DNA of 64,000 nucleotides from an uncultured Acholeplasmataceae bacterium (GTDB lineage Bacteria; Bacillota_I; Bacilli_A; Acholeplasmatales; Acholeplasmataceae): NCBI GenBank assembly GCA_963544075.1, contig CAUUDV010000001.1, positions 727 to 64,726 of the forward strand, read 5' to 3'. Shown piece by piece: positions 58,771 to 64,000 of this stretch (position 1 is its first letter; each line of letters starts with the position of its first letter). The notes under the pieces were generated by a model. It saw only the letters and a program-made list of their open reading frames with translations, ran no database searches and was not told where the DNA came from. The position numbers and the translations under genes were made by a program.

Positions 58771-59825
58771 TGGCTATTTTAAATAAAGACAAAAAAGTTA
58801 TTCTGTCAGTTGAAGATTTAAAAATTTCTTTTAAAACTCAGTTTGGAATTCTGCAGGCCATCAATGGCGTTTCTTTTGATTTACAAAAAGGCGAGACTCT
58901 CGCGATAGTTGGAGAATCCGGTTCTGGAAAATCAGTGACTTCCAAAGCCTTAATGGGGCTATTGGCTGGAAACGCAATTGTCGAAAACGGCAAGGTTTTA
59001 TACGCTAACCGCGACTTGCTTAAAGTCAAAGAAGAGGTATTTCACGAAATAAGAGGTTCTAAAATCTCTATGATTTTCCAAGACCCAATGAGTTCACTGA
59101 ACCCTATTGTTAAAATTGGTAAGCAAATTACCGAAACTCTGGTTTTTAAACTGGGAATGAATAAAGTTTTGGCCAAAAAACGCGCAATTGAATTGATGCG
59201 AGAAGTAGGAATTCCAGAGCCTGAAAAACGATACCACCAATATCCTTTTCAGTTTTCAGGTGGGATGCGCCAACGTATAGTTATTGCAATTGCTCTGGCT
59301 AACAACGCAGAGATTTTAATTTGCGACGAGCCAACTACTGCCCTGGACGTTACAATTCAGTCGCAAATTCTTGAGTTAATTCAAAAACTAAAAGAAGAGC
59401 GCAACCTTTCAATTATTTTTATTACCCACGACCTTGGTGTTGTTGCCAATATCGCTGACCGAATTGCCGTGATGTACGCGGGTAAAATTGTAGAAATTGG
59501 GACAACCGACGAGATATTTTATGACCCTCGACATCCCTACACCTGGGCTCTACTTTCTTCAATGCCGTCTTTGGCTACTTCTGAGAAATTAGACGCAATC
59601 GGTGGAACTCCGCCAAACTTAACTCAAAAAATTAAAGGAGATGCATTTGCGCCAAGAAACAAATACGCCATGCAGATTGACTTTGAACAAGCACCTCCGA
59701 TGTTTAAAGTGTCAGACACTCACTTTGCCGCAACTTGGCTGCTTCATCCCAATGCCCCTAAAGTAACTCCGCCAAAAGCGGTTTTAGAAATCAAAAAGAA
59801 GAGAGGTAAAGTTCATGAAGCATAA
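58770..59825 (+). CDS. oppD: Oligopeptide ABC transporter ATP-binding protein
   Basis: [28 protein letters not shown], and an oligopeptide C-terminal domain ([10 protein letters not shown]). Confidence 0.93.
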
Positions 59826-61890
59826 AGTTGACTACTCAAAAACTCCTCTTTTACACGTTGAAAACTTAAAACAACACTTTAAAGTCGGAGTTGGCAAAAA
59901 CCGCCTAAAAGTCAGAGCTGTAGACGGCGTTTCTTTTGATGTTTTTAAAGGCGAAGTATTTGGTTTAGTTGGAGAGTCTGGTTGTGGAAAAACCACAACT
60001 GGCCGTACTATTATCAGACTATACAAACCTTCAGATGGTCGCGTAGTATTAGGTGGACAGACTATAGTTGCTGGAGTTGGTGACTTAGTTTCTAAACTAA
60101 AAAAAGCCAGACGAGAATACAAAACAACTCTACTTAACTCAGTTTTTCCCAAAACTAAAGAAGCCGCAGCCAAACTTAGTGAGTTTCAAGAAAACTATCT
60201 TATAGATAAGGCTAAAATCCATAAATTCCGCCAAGACTTAAAGGCTGAGTATTTAGCAGAACGCGAAAAAAGCCTGCTTTATAAAAACAAGATTTTTGAC
60301 ATTAAAAACTTTTATGCAGCCAAAGTCCAAAAGGGTAACTTAAACTACAAGGCAGAACGCGAAGAAATTATTTCTTTTACCTACAACGCTAAGGAAAAAG
60401 AATATAAAATTGCTTTAAAGAAAGCCAAAAAAGCGTATCGCCAAAAAATTATTGGCATCAATGACTCTGCTGCTTTGACTAAAAATACTAAACTTGAGTT
60501 AAAAAAAGACTTTCAAGAGCAATACGCACAAACTATTTTAAGCCTAGAAAAAGAGTACCTTCCTTTAATTGAAGAAAACGCAAAAACTATCATTTCTAAA
60601 GAAGAAATGCAGGCTAAACTCAAAGAGTTAGATGGTTTTCATAAAGAAAAAACTGACATTCAGTATGTTCGCGAAGCCAATGAAATTGAAGAGTTTAAAG
60701 CAAGTGCCGATCTTCCTAAAAAAGGTTATTTAAAAAATTATTTGCTTGCGCGTCTATTTGCTTGTTTTGGACTTTTTAAAAAATACACAAAAAATGCAGA
60801 TAAGTTAAGCGAAATTACTACCAAAACTGCCAAAGACTTTAGTGAACATAAAGCACTTAAACGACGCAGATTTGTGAATTTCTTTAAATATTGGTTTAAA
60901 GAAAGACCAAGATTTTTAGCAGTTAGACTGCTTGAGTCTTGTACATTTTTCTTTACTCGCATTAAAAACTACTTTATTTTAACTAAAAATAAACTGGTTT
61001 TGGCGAAAACCAAAAAAGGTCTACTTTTTAGAACTTTAACTAAAGAAAACTACGAATATATTGCAGAAAACTCAAAAGTGCTTCAGAAATTTAGCCCTAA
61101 ATACCAAACTTATTTAAACGCTAAGTTAGACTTTTTAGAAAAGGCTAAAGCCTTAGTTAAGCAAATTAAGTTTGTTTCTCGTGAGCATCGCTCTAAATCT
61201 GCAAAAGTAGCGGCGTCTAAAATTCAAATGATTTTCCAAGACCCAATTTCTTGTCTAAATCCGCGCATGACGGTGCAAGAAATTATTGCAGAAGGTCTTA
61301 GAATTAAGGGTATTAAAAACCGCAAGGAACTAGAAGAACGAGTTACCAAAGCGCTACTTCAAGTAGGACTGGCTCCTGAATACGCAACTCGCTATCCGCA
61401 TGAGTTTTCAGGTGGACAAAGACAGCGAATCGGCATTGCGCGCGCGCTTGTCATGGAACCTGAAGTCATTATTGCAGACGAGCCAGTGTCTGCTCTAGAC
61501 GTTTCAATTCAGGCGCAAGTTATTAACCTACTTCAAGACTTAAAGGAAAAACTAGGTTTAACTATTTTATTTGTGGCCCACGACCTTTCGGTTGTCAAGT
61601 TCTTTTCAAACCGTATTGCCGTGATGTTTTACGGCAAAATTGTGGAACTCGCGGATTCTGATGAACTGTTTAAAAATCCACTACATCCATACACCAAATC
61701 TCTACTTTCTGCAATCCCACAACCTGACCCTGACTACGAACGCAGTCGTAGACGAATTTACTACGACCCAAGCACTCACCCTTATGACACTGAAGAACCT
61801 GAAATGGTAGAAATTAAGCCTGGCCACTTCGTTTTCGCTTCGCCAAGCGAAATTAAAGCCATGAAAACTGAAATTAAGGAGGAAAAATAA
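59815..61890 (+). CDS. oppF: Oligopeptide ABC transporter ATP-binding protein with an insertion of about 370 aa in the NBD
   Basis: Walker [10 protein letters not shown] near aa 53, but the Q-loop IQMIFQDP only near aa 470. Then [19 protein letters not shown] and HPYTKSLL. Confidence 0.9.
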   Translation: MKHKVDYSKTPLLHVENLKQHFKVGVGKNRLKVRAVDGVSFDVFKGEVFGLVGESGCGKTTTGRTIIRLYKPSDGRVVLGGQTIVAGVGDLVSKLKKARREYKTTLLNSVFPKTKEAAAKLSEFQENYLIDKAKIHKFRQDLKAEYLAEREKSLLYKNKIFDIKNFYAAKVQKGNLNYKAEREEIISFTYNAKEKEYKIALKKAKKAYRQKIIGINDSAALTKNTKLELKKDFQEQYAQTILSLEKEYLPLIEENAKTIISKEEMQAKLKELDGFHKEKTDIQYVREANEIEEFKASADLPKKGYLKNYLLARLFACFGLFKKYTKNADKLSEITTKTAKDFSEHKALKRRRFVNFFKYWFKERPRFLAVRLLESCTFFFTRIKNYFILTKNKLVLAKTKKGLLFRTLTKENYEYIAENSKVLQKFSPKYQTYLNAKLDFLEKAKALVKQIKFVSREHRSKSAKVAASKIQMIFQDPISCLNPRMTVQEIIAEGLRIKGIKNRKELEERVTKALLQVGLAPEYATRYPHEFSGGQRQRIGIARALVMEPEVIIADEPVSALDVSIQAQVINLLQDLKEKLGLTILFVAHDLSVVKFFSNRIAVMFYGKIVELADSDELFKNPLHPYTKSLLSAIPQPDPDYERSRRRIYYDPSTHPYDTEEPEMVEIKPGHFVFASPSEIKAMKTEIKEEK

Positions 61891-62756
61891 TGGCAAAAAA
61901 ATTACTAATTGTCTTGTTTTCTTTTTTAACTTTAATTTTGTTTACTGCCTGCGGTTCTTATAAAGTCAAAGGTATTCAAATCGCTTACTTCATTCCACAA
62001 GGTCATCTTGCACCAAGTGAGTTTACAGAAGTTCCTAAAGACGGAATTAAGTTAAACAAACCGGTTGCCAAAAAAGTAAACGCTAAAGGCGAAGTTATAC
62101 AAGCAGGTTATGAACTTTTTGCTCCTGCCAAAATTATTGCTTGGTATTTAGACCCTGCACACACAGAAGAGGTTAACTTTGAAACTCATCGTTTTAAAGA
62201 ATCTGCTGCTTTGTTTGCCAAAATTGAGTTTACAGAAATTAAAATCAATTTTGCTACACTTCAAGAAGGCACTGTAATAGAAGGAGACACTCCTACTAAA
62301 TACGACTTTACAAAAGGTACTAACCTGCCAAGCGCAAAACGAACTGGCTATGATTTTAAAGGTTGGTCAACAACTGACCCTAGTCTGCCTGACTTTGACC
62401 CTGTTAACTCAGTAGTACTTTCACTTAAAGAAAAAACATATTTTGAAGACATTACCCTTTGGCCGTATTTCTTGCCAGTAGAGTATCAAATCACAATTAT
62501 TGCTGATGGTAAAAGATATGAAGTTGATGTGTTGTTTGGCCAACAAATTCAAAAACTAGTTGAACTAACCAAAGAACTTACATCCAAATATGGCACTAAG
62601 TTTAAAGGTTGGTATTTTGCTTCAGGTACTGAATTTAAAGAAGAACTTAAGTACGACGAAAATGGCTATTTTAACGGAGTTTATTACTCGTTAGAAGATG
62701 GAAAGTTAATTCAAAGTACACGCCGCGACGGTACTATTAAGGCAAGAATTGAATAG
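61890..62756 (+). CDS. Lipoprotein with Flg_new-type repeats
   Basis: Lipobox LFTACG. Repeats TGYDFKGWSTTDPS... and GTKFKGWYFASGTEF. ATG overlaps the oppF stop (TAATG). Confidence 0.75.
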   Translation: MAKKLLIVLFSFLTLILFTACGSYKVKGIQIAYFIPQGHLAPSEFTEVPKDGIKLNKPVAKKVNAKGEVIQAGYELFAPAKIIAWYLDPAHTEEVNFETHRFKESAALFAKIEFTEIKINFATLQEGTVIEGDTPTKYDFTKGTNLPSAKRTGYDFKGWSTTDPSLPDFDPVNSVVLSLKEKTYFEDITLWPYFLPVEYQITIIADGKRYEVDVLFGQQIQKLVELTKELTSKYGTKFKGWYFASGTEFKEELKYDENGYFNGVYYSLEDGKLIQSTRRDGTIKARIE

Positions 62757-63447
62757 TAAAAAAATTCAAAAAACTAAACTAATTTATTTAAGTGTGCTGT
62801 GGATTGCTTTTCTAGCAGTCCTACTCACTGTACTTTTGCTTTATTTTAAAGCACCAAAACCAATTTTTACAACTATTTCCTTACTTTTAGTATTAGTTTT
62901 CTTTATTTTAGTTTTAGTTTTTAAAACTAAAATCGCAACTCTGAACTTGAAACAAAAATATTTAAAGTTAAAAGAAACTAAAGTACAGCCGTTTTTGGTT
63001 AAAGAAACTTTTTTTGAAAAACTACCAGATTCTTTTCAAACAAACAACTTTATATTGCAAAGCAGTACCCTAGATTTTAATTTATACTTAAAAGAAAATA
63101 CTCAAAATCGTGGGCTAGAACTTACTTTTTGTTTAAAAAACCCTAATACTGGCTTTTTGGATAAAAAAATTGACGAAGAAATTAAAAAAATCCTAAAACG
63201 CTTTGAACAAAAAAGAATCACCTATTTAACTTGTTTGATTTTTAAAAAATACAGCGAGCATTCTGCGCAAGCAGAACTAGAAGCAGACAACTTGGTTTTT
63301 TTAAAAAACCGCGGTTTTAACTTCACATCTGTCAACATCGCTTATTTTGAAAAAGAAAGCACACTTTACTTTTTACACTCAAAAAGTTTTTATCCAACTA
63401 CCTACTTTAAAGCAGCAACTGAAACTATTTTAAACTTAACTAATTAA
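62749..63447 (+). CDS. Hypothetical membrane protein (two N-terminal TM helices plus a soluble domain)
   Basis: Hydrophobic LIYLSVLWIAFLAVLLTVLLLYF and TISLLLVLVFFILVLVF. The start codon is uncertain (TTG 62749). Confidence 0.5.
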   Translation: MNSKKIQKTKLIYLSVLWIAFLAVLLTVLLLYFKAPKPIFTTISLLLVLVFFILVLVFKTKIATLNLKQKYLKLKETKVQPFLVKETFFEKLPDSFQTNNFILQSSTLDFNLYLKENTQNRGLELTFCLKNPNTGFLDKKIDEEIKKILKRFEQKRITYLTCLIFKKYSEHSAQAELEADNLVFLKNRGFNFTSVNIAYFEKESTLYFLHSKSFYPTTYFKAATETILNLTN

Positions 63448-63458
63448 GTATTTATTTT

Positions 63459-63482
63459 AAAAACCAGCAATCGCTGGTTTTT
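63459..63482 (+). terminator. Intrinsic terminator
   Basis: aaaaaccagc-aatc-gctggttttt hairpin with a T-run. Confidence 0.55.
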
Positions 63483-63542
63483 ATCACGAAATAAAGCACT
63501 ATATTTTTACCTATTTTTTAGCATTTTGCCAGAGGAGAAATT

Positions 63543-64000
63543 ATGAAAAACATTATCTTTGATTTAGACGGAACACTTTTAGACACATCAAAAGACATCG
63601 TAAAAGCAGTAAACTCAACCCTTGCTTACTTTAAGTTTGCAAAAGCCAATAAAGACAAAATAATTTACTGCACCGGAAACGGTTCGCGTGAACTTATTCA
63701 GTGTGTGTTAAATGACAAGCAAAACATTGATCAAATGGTTAAACACTACAACCAAGCATACAATGAAGACCCGCTTAAATACACAAAGCCTTACAAAGGT
63801 ATCTTAGAGATGTTAAATACTTTGAAAGCAAGTGGTGCAAGACTTTTTGTAATTTCAAATAAACCTGAGTTTTTAGTTAAAAAAATCGTAGACTTTTACT
63901 TTCCAAACATCTTTACACACGTGCTTGGATTTAGTCAAAATCTACGCGCAAAACCAGCATCAGATACCCTGAATTTCCTTAGTCGCAAATATGGATTTAA
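63543..64000 (+). CDS. HAD-superfamily hydrolase (phosphoglycolate phosphatase-like), 3' end outside the window
   Basis: Not in the ORF track because there is no stop in the window. MKNIIFDLDGTLLDT (HAD motif I), VISNKPE (motif II) and KPASD. RBS gaggag upstream. Confidence 0.75.
   Translation, partial: MKNIIFDLDGTLLDTSKDIVKAVNSTLAYFKFAKANKDKIIYCTGNGSRELIQCVLNDKQNIDQMVKHYNQAYNEDPLKYTKPYKGILEMLNTLKASGARLFVISNKPEFLVKKIVDFYFPNIFTHVLGFSQNLRAKPASDTLNFLSRKYGF

Noticed and set aside
1-64000. Possibility that the genome uses the Mycoplasma/Spiroplasma code (TGA = Trp).
   Set aside because: TGA ends well-defined genes at conserved C termini (nusA at 45230-45232 and the ORF ending at 19865). Conserved Trp positions use TGG, and long conserved genes are intact under the standard code.
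1-64000. Search by eye for CRISPR arrays, IS elements, transposases, integrases or long inverted or terminal repeats.
   Set aside because: No regularly spaced direct repeats and no ORF with DDE transposase, tyrosine recombinase or serine recombinase motifs were found. The only repeats noted are the 11-bp flank repeat, the poly(A) tract and the PT-linker repeat.

Overview
AT-rich, almost gap-free bacterial chromosome segment that uses the standard genetic code: TGA terminates nusA and other genes, and Trp is encoded by TGG. Gene content and synteny look Firmicutes/Mollicutes-like (Acholeplasma-like is an inference, not a database match). Most of the window is housekeeping: dinB (partial), a DEAD-box helicase, nfo, rpoB-rpoC, rpmE, tadA, a small SRP RNA, tkt, mnmG-rsmG, an rRNA methyltransferase, proS, cvfB, ftsK/sftA-like, lepB, rbgA, topA, a P-type ATPase, rimP-nusA-ylxR-infB-rbfA, a priA-like gene, fmt, tRNA-Cys, two ssb-like genes, and an oppABCDF operon bracketed by lipoproteins. 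Two blocks look accessory and visibly more AT-rich, though GC was not computed. (1) 33.7-40.8 kb holds a frameshifted nucleotidyltransferase-domain gene and a 1834-aa Rhs/YD-repeat protein. The Rhs protein has two LamG-like inserts and a glycine-zipper, membrane-type C-terminal tail after a canonical Rhs core end. A 198-aa multi-pass membrane protein follows it, and together they look like a polymorphic toxin/immunity pair with no recognisable export signal. (2) 18.2-21.9 kb is a translationally coupled five-gene cassette: a secreted protein with an amphipathic beta-hairpin-like Ser/Thr-rich segment, two paralogous membrane-anchored orphans, a short ABC ATPase and an ABC-2-like permease. Its stop codon overlaps that of convergent proS. 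Other points of interest are a 17-nt poly(A) tract inside the promoter spacer of a surface lipoprotein gene, an N-terminal helix-hairpin-helix-like extension on RpoC, a PriA-like protein with degenerate ATPase motifs, an in-frame stop in ylxR, and a very large insertion in OppF. No CRISPR array, transposase or integrase was seen.
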